Below, piece by piece: positions 38,073-48,319 of a stretch of DNA of 64,000 bases. Every line of letters starts with the position of its first letter. Positions within the stretch are counted from its first letter, which is position 1. The notes under the pieces are model-generated. The model was not told the DNA's origin and ran no database searches. It was given only the letters and a program-made list of their open reading frames with translations. The stretch is from Oceanispirochaeta sp. GTDB lineage: Bacteria; Spirochaetota; Spirochaetia; DSM-2461. The stretch spans positions 1,152,001-1,216,000 of the forward strand of contig CAXXXD010000002.1 of NCBI GenBank assembly GCA_963663385.2. The letters are read 5' to 3'. The translations under genes and the position numbers were made by a program.

Positions 38073-40427
38073 ATGCCTGATATTTTCAATTTAGACTGTG
38101 AACGCTGGGAACTCGTACTCTGGACAAGAAACAACAGTACTCCCCGGGATTTGCTGTCCGCAGTATTAGCTGAACGCGGACAGAAGCTGCCATCTGAAAA
38201 GGTTTGTCTCTCTTTTCAGTTTACAGGAGAAGAAAGTTCTGTATTTGAAGAACAGGTACTGGATGTTATTAAGAATAGTTGTGAACTGAATATTCCGGCT
38301 CCGCTCTGCTATGAGAATCGCGATTATGAGTTTGAGTTCAAATTTAAAAATGGCTTTATCCCGGATAAGGATAACCCAATTATTCATCGGCTTAACGAGA
38401 TAGAAAACGGATTTAGAACTATAGGCCGATGCAGTGTCCGCGGTGTTGTGAATTTCAAAAACAATATTGGCTGGTTTAAGCTCGGCTTGCGGTATCATAA
38501 AGACGGAAAGAACCATCGTGATACAATATCATTCAATGTCTTTCCAACTAAGATGGATATGGAGAATGATCTCGTTACTATCGGTAAAGTTATTGATGAA
38601 ACCTATCCGCTCTGGCGCTTTTCGCTTGCTCAGAAGACAGACTTTCTATTTTCACGATCCAACAGACGTTATGAGTCATTTGAACTGCTCTGGATTGCTC
38701 AATTCAAGGCACTTGCCGGTGAACTTGCTGATGCAGGGAAACTTATATGCCGATCTCCTCACAGTCGCCTGCTGCCGGTTGTAAGAAAGGTAAAAGCTGA
38801 GAGGATAAACGGCAGAATAACCGGTCGGCTTGAAGAACGGATTAAAGAGAACCTCATTGAGAAACAGTACGATAGACGGTATCGAATCGAGAAAAGAAAG
38901 CTCTCTTACGATACACCTGAAAACCGCTTTGTTAAGATGGTGTTGTACTACTCTGTAAAGAGACTGAAACAGTTTACTTCCCGAGTAAAAATGCTTGAGC
39001 AGATACCGGAAAATACAAGGCTTTCAGAATCATTTTATAATGAACTCCATGAATTAGTTATACCCTTCGAGAAACTGTCAGCAGAGCCTCTGTTTAAAGA
39101 AATCGGGAACTATGACGGCCGTATGCGGGAGTCCCTTGTACTGCATCAGCGTGCCGGATATGCCAAGGTGTATCGTATATGGCAGGATCTGAAACTCTAT
39201 CTCGACTTTTTCGGCAGTGATGCATCTGTATCGGTACGGTCAGTAGAACAGCTCTATGAAATATGGTGCCTTCTGGAAGTACGAAAGCAGCTTATTGCGC
39301 TTGGTTTTAACGAGGGCAAGAATCCAGTTCGAAATTTGAAAACTGCGGGATTTGAGAAGAGCCTCAGGAAAACCGATGAGACATTTTACATGTATCGACC
39401 TGATGGGATGGAAGCTCTTCTTATACATGAACCGAATTTCAAAGACCAAAAGCAAAAGCTCTTTGATAGGATTTACTCATGGACAACTTCTCAGCGTCCA
39501 GATATTTTTCTTGAAGTGACAATGCCCTCAGGGGACAAGGTTCGATGGGTATTCGATGCGAAATATCGTATTGACGACAATGAGAAGAAAGAATGGCCGT
39601 GTAAAGGGATTGATACTGTACCCGATGATGCAATAAACCAGATGCACCGTTATCGCGATTCTTTAATTTATATTTCTGAAGCAGATGAAGATGGGGAAAC
39701 GGATAAGAGCCGTCCTATTATTGGTGCTTTTGCTCTTTATCCGGGATGGTTTGAAAATCAGAGCGTGCAGGAGAATCCTTACAGAGATTCTATCGACACG
39801 GTTGGTATAGGAGCTTTTCCTCTGCTTCCGGGACAGGATAACCTCTGGTTTGCAGATTTTTTGAAGAGTCAGCTGGGTGAATATCATCAAACTCAATATA
39901 AACTTAAAGAGGCTGATGAGCTTTATCTGCAGGAGTCTGTGAGAATTGCGCCTTATGGAATGAAACAGTATCGACATAGTGAGTTGATACTTGCTGCAGA
40001 TATCTATGATTCAAAGGGAAGAGTATATATTCAGCCTTTTAAAGATGGTAAAGCTCAGTGGTATCATATTCCTGAAAGCACTGTACAGAATTATAGGATC
40101 TCCCGTCATGTTATGAGAGAAATTAAGTATTGTGCTTTTACAGTCAGATATGATGAAGGAAGGCAATGCAGACACATTTATCCGGTAGTAAAAACTGTAT
40201 TAAAACCCCGCAATGAGATTAATGAATTTGCCGGAGGGAAGAGTAATCGTGGTGGTGATAATAATATGTATTGGCTGATAAAGCTTGGACAGTCATTTGA
40301 ATCATCAGTTGTTTTAACTTCAAAGGAGCAACATAGGCGGTTCAAATTCAGGCTGGTCAAGTTTAGAGATTTTCTAGCAGCAGATTCATGGGACAATATA
40401 CCACGAAAATATACTGTACGAACTTAG
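38073..40427 (+). CDS. McrC-like DUF2357/PD-(D/E)XK nuclease
   Basis: YDTPENRFVK, LYEIWC, RPDI...FDAKYR, INQMHRYRD. Confidence 0.88.
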   Translation: MPDIFNLDCERWELVLWTRNNSTPRDLLSAVLAERGQKLPSEKVCLSFQFTGEESSVFEEQVLDVIKNSCELNIPAPLCYENRDYEFEFKFKNGFIPDKDNPIIHRLNEIENGFRTIGRCSVRGVVNFKNNIGWFKLGLRYHKDGKNHRDTISFNVFPTKMDMENDLVTIGKVIDETYPLWRFSLAQKTDFLFSRSNRRYESFELLWIAQFKALAGELADAGKLICRSPHSRLLPVVRKVKAERINGRITGRLEERIKENLIEKQYDRRYRIEKRKLSYDTPENRFVKMVLYYSVKRLKQFTSRVKMLEQIPENTRLSESFYNELHELVIPFEKLSAEPLFKEIGNYDGRMRESLVLHQRAGYAKVYRIWQDLKLYLDFFGSDASVSVRSVEQLYEIWCLLEVRKQLIALGFNEGKNPVRNLKTAGFEKSLRKTDETFYMYRPDGMEALLIHEPNFKDQKQKLFDRIYSWTTSQRPDIFLEVTMPSGDKVRWVFDAKYRIDDNEKKEWPCKGIDTVPDDAINQMHRYRDSLIYISEADEDGETDKSRPIIGAFALYPGWFENQSVQENPYRDSIDTVGIGAFPLLPGQDNLWFADFLKSQLGEYHQTQYKLKEADELYLQESVRIAPYGMKQYRHSELILAADIYDSKGRVYIQPFKDGKAQWYHIPESTVQNYRISRHVMREIKYCAFTVRYDEGRQCRHIYPVVKTVLKPRNEINEFAGGKSNRGGDNNMYWLIKLGQSFESSVVLTSKEQHRRFKFRLVKFRDFLAADSWDNIPRKYTVRT

Positions 40428-40444
40428 TAATAAAATCCTGTCAA

Positions 40445-40720
40445 TAATGAGGATTGTTTTTTATACTCCACCTCTCCATAACATTATGAAGTGCCAGAAT
40501 CTCAACCTGTTCACAAAAATACCGGAAAATCTCATGCCCCATACCAGATTTTTATTCAGAACTCCCGGTAAGACTCAACATTTCCCTGGAAAACATCTCT
40601 CTTTCCATTTTTATAACACAAATCCCAATATTCCCGAATCCGATTCTCCCGGCTTAACAGAAAAGAACGTTCAGGCAGTCTGTCCCTTTTATTATTATTC
40701 ACATCCTTAGCGGCAGGTTT
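40445..40720 (-). pseudogene. Degraded C-terminal fragment of an HNH-type nuclease domain protein
   Basis: PAAKDVNNNKRDRLP...RIREYW (HNH tail), then frameshift/stop to FCEQVEILAL...MERW; 5' part missing. Confidence 0.5.
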
Positions 40721-40771
40721 CTGCCGGATTTTCCAATGAGCCAATGAGACATCAATAGATAATAGCTGCTT

Positions 40772-42331
40772 TTATCCCATAGTCCTATTGAAAATCACTT
40801 CTATTGCATCAATTTCTCCATCGGTCAGATCTTTGAACTCTTTTTCTCTCGCTCTGGATGATAGACGGCCTCCATTCTGCTTCAGAAAACGAAAGAGAAG
40901 ATCCACTGTTTTGGAAGGCATATCGACGATCTCTGCCAGGCTCCTTTTAAACTGATCGTACCGTTGCAAAAAGGAGGCTTCTTCCTGCAGATCATAATCG
41001 ATGGTTCTCTGAACACAGGAGTAGAGAAACTCCGCATGGGGAGTGGCATCAAAGTAGCGGTAATAGTCTGCCGTCTCATTTATCACCCGGACATTGTTAT
41101 CTTTTGTCGGTTCCCATTGGATCAGAGGGAGAATCCTTCTGGAATAACCCTGGAGAACCGTTCTGTATTCCTCTATCCTGTCAAGCATAACCGCAGAAAC
41201 AGGGAATACAAGCCCCAGAGGATTGAACCCGTTTTCAGCCAGAACATGATGTATCAGATAGCGGTGCAGCCTCCCATTGCCATCGGCAAAGGGATGAATG
41301 TTGACAAATCCGAAGGCCATGATGGCTGCAGTCATGACCGGATCAAGTTTACCTTTAATAGTATTAATATAATCAATCAAACCCTCCATTAATAGAGGAA
41401 GGTCCTCTGATTTGGCACTGATATGCTCGGGAATCGGCATTCCCGTGTCCCTGTCGTGTTCCCCCACAAAACCGCCCTCCGTTCTGAGTCCGGGTTTGAC
41501 AAACCTCAAATCACCGATAACGATTTTCTGTAGACGTGTAAGCTCTTCCATATCAAGGGGATGGGTTCCCGCCTGACCGATAATCTGGCCCCATCTTTCA
41601 ATCCGTTTATGGGCGGGAGCTTCATTTTCAATGGCATAACTGGCCTTTGAATCCTTCAGCAGAAGAAAGGCGGCTGTCCGGCTTATCACATCCGAAGGGA
41701 TCCGGCTAATGACCTCTGCGGCTCTGTTCTTCAGATCAGATTGCAGATATTCTGTTAAAACAGGGGTTTTGAATACAAGAGGGCAGAACTCTCTTGTCCC
41801 GGGCAGATTATTTATAACTCTCTGACGGGAAACATGTTCCCCCGGGAGGGTAAACTGAATATCCGGGTCAATCACCGGTACATAGTTTCCTGTTTTAAGA
41901 TCAGAAAGGTTGAGAGCTTTATTCATAAGCCATTCGTAAAGGAACCAGATTCTTCTGGCATAGGTTCCCGTGGGGGTGGCTTTTACAATATTTTCAATTT
42001 CCAGGGATTCTATTTTCTGAAAGAGGCATTTCAGAACAGCCAGATCAACACCTTCGTATTTCAGGGCAAAGGTAAGGTGCCCACCCAGAGTGGCTTCGGG
42101 TGTATGGCGGGGAGTAAAATAGGACCAGTTTTCCCGGTATGTCCTTTTATGACTGCTTCCGATACAGCTGAGTGTGTAAGGCAGGGGAGCCGCGAGCTTA
42201 TAAGCTCCGATTAAGGCAGCGTAACCGACGGGTTGAGCCCTTTGGGGAAGTCTTAAACCGTGAAAAACTGTTACCGGTCCTGAAAACTCTTTATTCAAAC
42301 CTGTTCTCCTTGAATAATCATTATAAACCAT
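40772..42331 (-). CDS. Fic-family protein (AMPylase motif)
   Basis: HPFADGNGRLHR. Confidence 0.92.
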   Translation of the reverse strand: MVYNDYSRRTGLNKEFSGPVTVFHGLRLPQRAQPVGYAALIGAYKLAAPLPYTLSCIGSSHKRTYRENWSYFTPRHTPEATLGGHLTFALKYEGVDLAVLKCLFQKIESLEIENIVKATPTGTYARRIWFLYEWLMNKALNLSDLKTGNYVPVIDPDIQFTLPGEHVSRQRVINNLPGTREFCPLVFKTPVLTEYLQSDLKNRAAEVISRIPSDVISRTAAFLLLKDSKASYAIENEAPAHKRIERWGQIIGQAGTHPLDMEELTRLQKIVIGDLRFVKPGLRTEGGFVGEHDRDTGMPIPEHISAKSEDLPLLMEGLIDYINTIKGKLDPVMTAAIMAFGFVNIHPFADGNGRLHRYLIHHVLAENGFNPLGLVFPVSAVMLDRIEEYRTVLQGYSRRILPLIQWEPTKDNNVRVINETADYYRYFDATPHAEFLYSCVQRTIDYDLQEEASFLQRYDQFKRSLAEIVDMPSKTVDLLFRFLKQNGGRLSSRAREKEFKDLTDGEIDAIEVIFNRTMG

Positions 42332-42439
42332 GAAAAACGATTATATAAAGCGATATTTGTGAAAAACGATTATTATTTTCCTTGAAGGACAAAAATCCCC
42401 TCGTTTATATAAGTATTTCTTGCACATATACCGCATTAA

Positions 42440-42784
42440 CCGGAAAGTACGATCAGCCTGAATCCTTCGAAAGAACGAACCTATCATCTGAGCCCTGGAA
42501 CGCCGGCCATGGCTGCTGTCAGGATGCTTGTATCCGCAGGACCCTATCCGGCTGATTTGATTGAGTCTTCCATTCAGATGGGAGTACAGGATGTTCACAT
42601 TTCCTTTGATATCACTTTTAAATACAGACCGGAACTGGCAGCCTTTACCCAATCCGTTATAGGACTGACCGGAGGGTTTCCTGAAGATACCGTTGAATTC
42701 AGAGAAATACTGACTCAATCAGAAAACATGGAGCTTATACAGACAAAAGCAAAGAAAGCCGCCGTTGTACAGCAGATGAAATGA
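42440..42784 (+). pseudogene. Internal fragment of an RtcR/PspF-like sigma54 activator (CARF-like N-domain to AAA+ linker)
   Basis: Frame open from 42440: YHLSPGTPAMAAV...PADLIESS...FDI...EFREILTQSENM...KAKKAA, ending before the AAA+ Walker A. Confidence 0.6.
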
Positions 42785-43092
42785 AAGATTTCTTTATAAA
42801 AGTTATTAGGGAAATAATACCTGATTCCCTCCAGGCAGACTACAACAGCTATTGCAGTCACCCTTTCTATGAATTCCCCCCCCAACTGACGGAAGCGGTT
42901 TTGATTGTCAAAAATGGTATTGGTGCTTAATAGTCAAATCCTGTCACCACTGTAATTAATAGGCTGTCCAATGGCTGATTTTTTTTATACTTCAATAATA
43001 AATAAGGTTTTGTTTATTCGGATGATGCTGTATATTCAATATACAAAGACACTTACAAGTTTGTTTAAATTACTTATCGCAGGAGAATATGA

Positions 43093-46023
43093 ATGAAGAA
43101 ATCAATTTTTATAATAGTGGTACTTACACTGGTATATTCTTTTTTCTCCTGTAAAAACAATCTTATTTCGCTTGAAGACGATATCCTTGATAAAGCAAAA
43201 GACGGCACTCTTCCCGAGATTGTTGTTGACAGCCCGACTGCAGACTCCGTATTCGGCCAGGCTGTTACAATCAGCGGAACGGTCAGTGATAACGGATCGG
43301 TAATGCCTGTTCTGGCGTATAAGATCTTAAATGATCTTGGAGAGTCGAAAGCCAGCGGGACGGCGGAACTGCAGGCCCTTGAAACAGAGCAGGGGGTCTC
43401 CGGTAGTTTTGCTATCCGCTTTACAACAGAAACCATAAGCTCCGATATCCTGATCAGTCTTACAGCCACAGACTGGAACGGCAATGAGGTAAGTCTGCCC
43501 TCGTTCAGCCTGAAATACCCCGGGAATGCCATCCCTTCTCTGACGATTCTCTCCGGAAACAAAGAGATCTCCCTCAGCTGGGATGCGATCTCCAATGCCA
43601 CAGAGTACAGGATCTATTATACAAAAGACCAGGCAATCTTTAATGAGAACACCGCCTCCTGTGAAGTCATTACCCCCGGTGAAGAGGAGAGCTTCAGCTC
43701 TGTTCTGAACAGTCAAGATCACGGTATTGGAAATAACCGCTTATCCCAGATTCTGCTCAGGGCGGTAACTCCCGATTCGACACTGGATTCATCGCTTTTC
43801 GATGTTGTTCCCCTGAGTTCTGAGACCCTGACACCCCGTGTCTCCGTTGGAAGGAATTCCGCCTATATTGACTGGAATCCTGTTCAGTGCGCCGATGGTG
43901 TTCAGGTGGAATACTCTCTCTGGCGTTCAGAAAGCGGAGAGGAAGATTCCTATACCAGAGTATCCCCTTCGGGTTGGAGCAGCAGCCATTTTGAGGATGA
44001 AAGCATCAGGGAAGGGCAGACCTACTATTACCGGGTTTCTCTGGATGAGGAATCTTCTGTAATGAGCAGAGCGGTGCAGTGTAGGTCGGCAACCTCCATT
44101 CCCGATCTCTACCAGGTCGATTACAATGAACTTATATCCGAGTCAGGTTTTGCTACAGGTGACAGTGTGTTTTTTACTCCCGACGGAAACCGCCTTTTCT
44201 TTATTGACAAATCGGAGGGTACTCTTTCCGAGTTGGATATGGTCAGCGGTGAAATTATCGGAACACCCTTTACTCCAGAAAATAGTCCGTTCATGTACGC
44301 CCTTACAGGTAATAACAGCAATCTGTTTATTCTATCGAGTGAGCCAACTACTTCTGCTAACATGGACAAGCGGATTACTTCTCTTGATATCAGTTCTCAG
44401 GGAAGCATCACACAGCTGGACAGTCTTATTCTCAACTCTGCCAATAAGATATGTCTTAAAGATCAGACTCTCTATCTAAGCAAGTCAACTGACAGCAGTC
44501 ACTATTCCATGGATGTCAGTAATCCTTCAGACCTTCAGGCGGAGGTGGCTATAAATTACGGTGGTACGGTGAGTGTTGAATCCGGATCTGTGAAGGAGCT
44601 GTTTTTTAATGGAGACTATATGTATTCCCTCTGCAAGAAGGATGACGGCTCAGGAAATGAGCAGATACTAATATATGATCCTGCATTGGGAAGCTGGTCT
44701 GAAGAGGCCTTTGTGGCTGATACTGACGGAATCAGTCAGGACGATTTATTTCGAACTTATATGTGTTGTAATGAGGATGCGGGAAAACTGATCATTCTCA
44801 GTGATGCAGGCGGCTCCGCTATCTGTGACCTTAAGCTCTGGGTTTATGATATTCAAAGCGACGGATCCCTTACCCTGATGGAGTTCAAGGTGCTGGAGGA
44901 TCAGGAATACCTTAATATTACCGTCCCCCTTATTATGGGAGATACATTGTATATTTCCAGGTACCAGAAGACCGTGCAGGCCGTAAGCATCGGCAGCCGC
45001 ATTTATCTGAAGGAAAGCCATTCCATTCCCCACTATCCCTATTTCCTTAATCCTGACGGAGACAAACTCTTTGTCTACACCTATGAGAAAGCTGCCGGAC
45101 TGGTTAGCCTTACCGAGGAATCTCCTCTGAGTTATCAGAATGAATGGTCTACAGGAGCGGGCAGCAGTCCGCTTGCCTTTGACGGCGGAAGACTCTTTAC
45201 CCACAATTATTCCGGAGATATCGCCCAGTTTGAGTGCACCCGGACCGACAGCCTCTCTCTTCTGGGAACCGACAGGCTCTCGGGTTGGGGAATCGCTGTT
45301 TATGGCGACACCCTTTACCTGAGAACGGGAGAGAAGAGGATAGAACTGTATCAGATTAACAGTGATGGAACCCTGGGGGAAAAAATTACGGAGATCAGCA
45401 CTGTAAGGGAGGTTCACTCGCTTGGTTTTGCCGGGGATTACCTCATTGCCGGTGAGAATTACCATGTTGAAATATTTGATATTTCCGATCTGTCCGATAT
45501 AAACCGTATCAGCGACTTTGAAGCCAAATACATGGTGAAGGGGGTCAAAGTCTATGAAGATTCCCTTCTTCTCATTGGCGACGGTTTCGGGCTCTGCTGT
45601 TATGATATATCCACTCCCGAATCGCCTGTGCTTCAGGGTTCCTTTTATGACCGCTCCTCTATCAGTAAATCCTTTTATTCTGTGGATGTACAGGACGGGA
45701 TTATCTATCTCGGATCTGATTCGGGACTATTTGTTCTCGATCTGGATCAGGCTTCCTACTGGACAGCCGCGGAGACCCCTGGAGACACAGGTTCTGCGAG
45801 CTGCTGGATTGAAGGTCAAGCCAGGGCGGTAAAGGCGGCCGGTGATTATCTGTTCTTCTCCAATTCCGGTTATCTGGGTGTCTACAGTCTTATTGACCCC
45901 AAAAAACCGGTATCCTTTTATGAAGATCCCGTTCCCCGTTATTTAGAGAGTCTGGCTCTCTGGGGGAACGGATTATTCGGGAAGACAACGGCCACTTTGT
46001 ACGGTTATTATCTGGATAACTGA
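43093..46023 (+). CDS. Large lipoprotein with Ig/FN3-like domains and LVIVD-type beta-propeller repeats
   Basis: AGGAG RBS, FFSC lipobox, EGQTYYYRV, VEIFDISD / CYDISTPESP / VYSLIDPKKP. Confidence 0.8.
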   Translation: MKKSIFIIVVLTLVYSFFSCKNNLISLEDDILDKAKDGTLPEIVVDSPTADSVFGQAVTISGTVSDNGSVMPVLAYKILNDLGESKASGTAELQALETEQGVSGSFAIRFTTETISSDILISLTATDWNGNEVSLPSFSLKYPGNAIPSLTILSGNKEISLSWDAISNATEYRIYYTKDQAIFNENTASCEVITPGEEESFSSVLNSQDHGIGNNRLSQILLRAVTPDSTLDSSLFDVVPLSSETLTPRVSVGRNSAYIDWNPVQCADGVQVEYSLWRSESGEEDSYTRVSPSGWSSSHFEDESIREGQTYYYRVSLDEESSVMSRAVQCRSATSIPDLYQVDYNELISESGFATGDSVFFTPDGNRLFFIDKSEGTLSELDMVSGEIIGTPFTPENSPFMYALTGNNSNLFILSSEPTTSANMDKRITSLDISSQGSITQLDSLILNSANKICLKDQTLYLSKSTDSSHYSMDVSNPSDLQAEVAINYGGTVSVESGSVKELFFNGDYMYSLCKKDDGSGNEQILIYDPALGSWSEEAFVADTDGISQDDLFRTYMCCNEDAGKLIILSDAGGSAICDLKLWVYDIQSDGSLTLMEFKVLEDQEYLNITVPLIMGDTLYISRYQKTVQAVSIGSRIYLKESHSIPHYPYFLNPDGDKLFVYTYEKAAGLVSLTEESPLSYQNEWSTGAGSSPLAFDGGRLFTHNYSGDIAQFECTRTDSLSLLGTDRLSGWGIAVYGDTLYLRTGEKRIELYQINSDGTLGEKITEISTVREVHSLGFAGDYLIAGENYHVEIFDISDLSDINRISDFEAKYMVKGVKVYEDSLLLIGDGFGLCCYDISTPESPVLQGSFYDRSSISKSFYSVDVQDGIIYLGSDSGLFVLDLDQASYWTAAETPGDTGSASCWIEGQARAVKAAGDYLFFSNSGYLGVYSLIDPKKPVSFYEDPVPRYLESLALWGNGLFGKTTATLYGYYLDN

Positions 46024-46155
46024 TAAAGCCGCTGTGAAAGAGTAATCCGTATGGTCTGAAATATACCTAAATACCGGAATAGAGTTATAGCCGATTGTCG
46101 ATGAGCCTGATATAACCCCCTACAAGCCCCGCCAGGACTTACAAGGGTTATCATC

Positions 46156-47493
46156 CTATAAACTCTCAACCGAAAGAAGAAATTCTATAAACATCACATT
46201 AGCCCAGCTGAACCAGGGCCTTGTAAAATCATCCGGATTATCCTTATTGAAACTCTCATGCATAAGGTAGGTCCCCCCATGAGTCCTCGTCAGCATCTCC
46301 AGAATCTCCCTCTTTCTGCTCTGATCATCGGTGGTCAGACCCTCAATGCACAGAGCAATAGGCCAGATATTACCCGGTTTCGTATGGGCCGATCCAATCC
46401 CTTCCGCACAGCACCCCTGAAAATAGTAGGGATTCGTCCCGCTCAGCAATTTTTCCCGGGTATTCAGATAAATCTCATCATCCGGCCGGCAGTAATTCAG
46501 ATAGGGGAGGCTCATCAGGCTGGGAACGTTGGCATCGTCAGAAAAAAAGCTGTTGCCCAGGCCGTCAACTTCATACATAAGGACCCCGTCAATAATGGCA
46601 AAGTCCTCTATCCCCCGGTTTATTTCTCCCCGGAGCTTTTGAATCTTTTCTTTTAACACATCGCTGCTTTCTTCTGTCATTTCCAGAACCTCAATCATGT
46701 AGCCCAGTATGACAAGGGCATAGCAGTTTGAGGGGACCAGATAATGGTACCGACAGGCGTCATCGCTTGGACGGAACCCGCTCCAGATCATCCCGGTATA
46801 GGCTGTTTTAGTACCCAGCCCCTCCCGGCTCAATGTTTCATTTTCCGGTTTCAGATCAGGGTAAAGATTCATATCCCTCTGGAAGCGGTACTTCGATTCG
46901 CTCTCGTGGTTCTGTTCTGTAATAAACAGACCGACAACAACTTCCATCATCCTTAAAAAATCCCGGTCGAAGATGCCGATGTCCCTGCTTTTCTGATAAT
47001 AAAGGTATGCCAGTTCCATGGGCGCGCATAGGGAATCAATTTCGAACTTTCTTTCCCAGACCCCCTGTTTCATCTCTGTTATATCGTCAAAATGCCCGTC
47101 CTTATTAGGGTACAGGTTAAACGCGTTGGCATAAGGATCGAGCAGGATGGACTGTACCTGCCGCTTAATTACCTTTTTGAAAATTCCATGCAGCTGAACG
47201 TCGTCTTCCGTAAGGTATTTAATTATTGGCTTTAACTGACAGGTCGAGTCCCTGAGCCACATGGCGGGAATATCCCCGGTAATAACAAAGGCATCTGTCT
47301 CGTTTTCCACTATCACCGACTGAATGGTGTTCTTCAGAACATTGAGAGCGAGTTTTTCTGTTTCCGAATTAAGATCTTTCGTCCTGATACTATTTTCTAT
47401 ATTTTGAATGGTCGGGCTATTGGTAATGGGGGTAACGATTTCGGAATAATCGGTAACCTGCAGCCGTCCAAGATAATCCAGCTCCTGATTCAT
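46156..47493 (-). CDS. Glycoside hydrolase family 125 (exo-alpha-1,6-mannosidase)
   Basis: ITGDIPAMWLRDS, WERKFEIDSL, SGFRPSDD, DDANVPSL, FTRPWFSWAN. Confidence 0.93.
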   Translation of the reverse strand: MNQELDYLGRLQVTDYSEIVTPITNSPTIQNIENSIRTKDLNSETEKLALNVLKNTIQSVIVENETDAFVITGDIPAMWLRDSTCQLKPIIKYLTEDDVQLHGIFKKVIKRQVQSILLDPYANAFNLYPNKDGHFDDITEMKQGVWERKFEIDSLCAPMELAYLYYQKSRDIGIFDRDFLRMMEVVVGLFITEQNHESESKYRFQRDMNLYPDLKPENETLSREGLGTKTAYTGMIWSGFRPSDDACRYHYLVPSNCYALVILGYMIEVLEMTEESSDVLKEKIQKLRGEINRGIEDFAIIDGVLMYEVDGLGNSFFSDDANVPSLMSLPYLNYCRPDDEIYLNTREKLLSGTNPYYFQGCCAEGIGSAHTKPGNIWPIALCIEGLTTDDQSRKREILEMLTRTHGGTYLMHESFNKDNPDDFTRPWFSWANVMFIEFLLSVESL

Positions 47494-47499
47494 ACTATT

Positions 47500-48318
47500 C
47501 TAACCCTTAATCCCCGAATTCATAACCGATTCTACAAAGTTCTTCTGAAAGAAAAGGAACGTCAGCAGTATGGGGATCATGACTAATACCCCTGCTGCAA
47601 TAAGAGCCGGATAGTTGATATAGTTATCGTATCCTTTGGACAACTGGGTTATTACAATCGACAGAGGGCGCATCCTCTCTTTTGATACGACGACCCGTGC
47701 CCAGGCAAACTCACTCCAGATAAAAGTAAAAGCAAGGATAATGAGTCCGGAAACAGCGCTTTTCAGCATGGGAAGCGCCACATGGATCAGGGTCATTATA
47801 TTGCCCGCTCCTTCGATCTTTGCCGCTTCGATCATGGAATCGGGAATATACCTGGAAAACTGCATAATATAAATGATTCCGAAGCCGCTGAAGAGGAAGG
47901 GGAGGAACATGCCTAAATAGGTATTGGTCAGTTTCAGCTTCCGTACAATATCAAAAAGGGGCATGAAGGTTATTTCCATGGGGATCATTACTGTCATCAA
48001 TACAATCAGAATAATAACGTTTTTGAATTTGAAGTCATATTTACAGAATACATACCCTGTTATGGTGCTCAGGAAAACCTGAACAATAATCATCAGTACG
48101 CTGACAATTATGGAAACCTTAAAAGCCGATAGAATTCCGCCGACTTCCATGCTGTAGATATAGTTATCCAGGCCTGGATTACGGGGTATCCAGTTAAAGG
48201 GGACTTTGAAAATCTCTCCCTGTCCCTGAAAGGATGCGGAAATCATCCAGATAATGGGAAATATATAAATGACTGTTATAATAGCTATAAACAGATAGAT
48301 TAAGGATTTTTTGATCAT
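47500..48318 (-). CDS. Carbohydrate ABC transporter permease
   Basis: EAAKIEGA loop, TM helices. Confidence 0.92.
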   Translation of the reverse strand: MIKKSLIYLFIAIITVIYIFPIIWMISASFQGQGEIFKVPFNWIPRNPGLDNYIYSMEVGGILSAFKVSIIVSVLMIIVQVFLSTITGYVFCKYDFKFKNVIILIVLMTVMIPMEITFMPLFDIVRKLKLTNTYLGMFLPFLFSGFGIIYIMQFSRYIPDSMIEAAKIEGAGNIMTLIHVALPMLKSAVSGLIILAFTFIWSEFAWARVVVSKERMRPLSIVITQLSKGYDNYINYPALIAAGVLVMIPILLTFLFFQKNFVESVMNSGIKG

Positions 48319-48319
48319 A

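Noticed and set aside
36101..40427. CoCoNuT-type system
   Set aside because: NxD McrB and DUF2357 are present, but no long coiled coil, helicase or HEPN partner is visible
31303..46150. Intact integrative element or prophage at the tRNA
   Set aside because: No integrase, phage genes or direct att repeat found by eye
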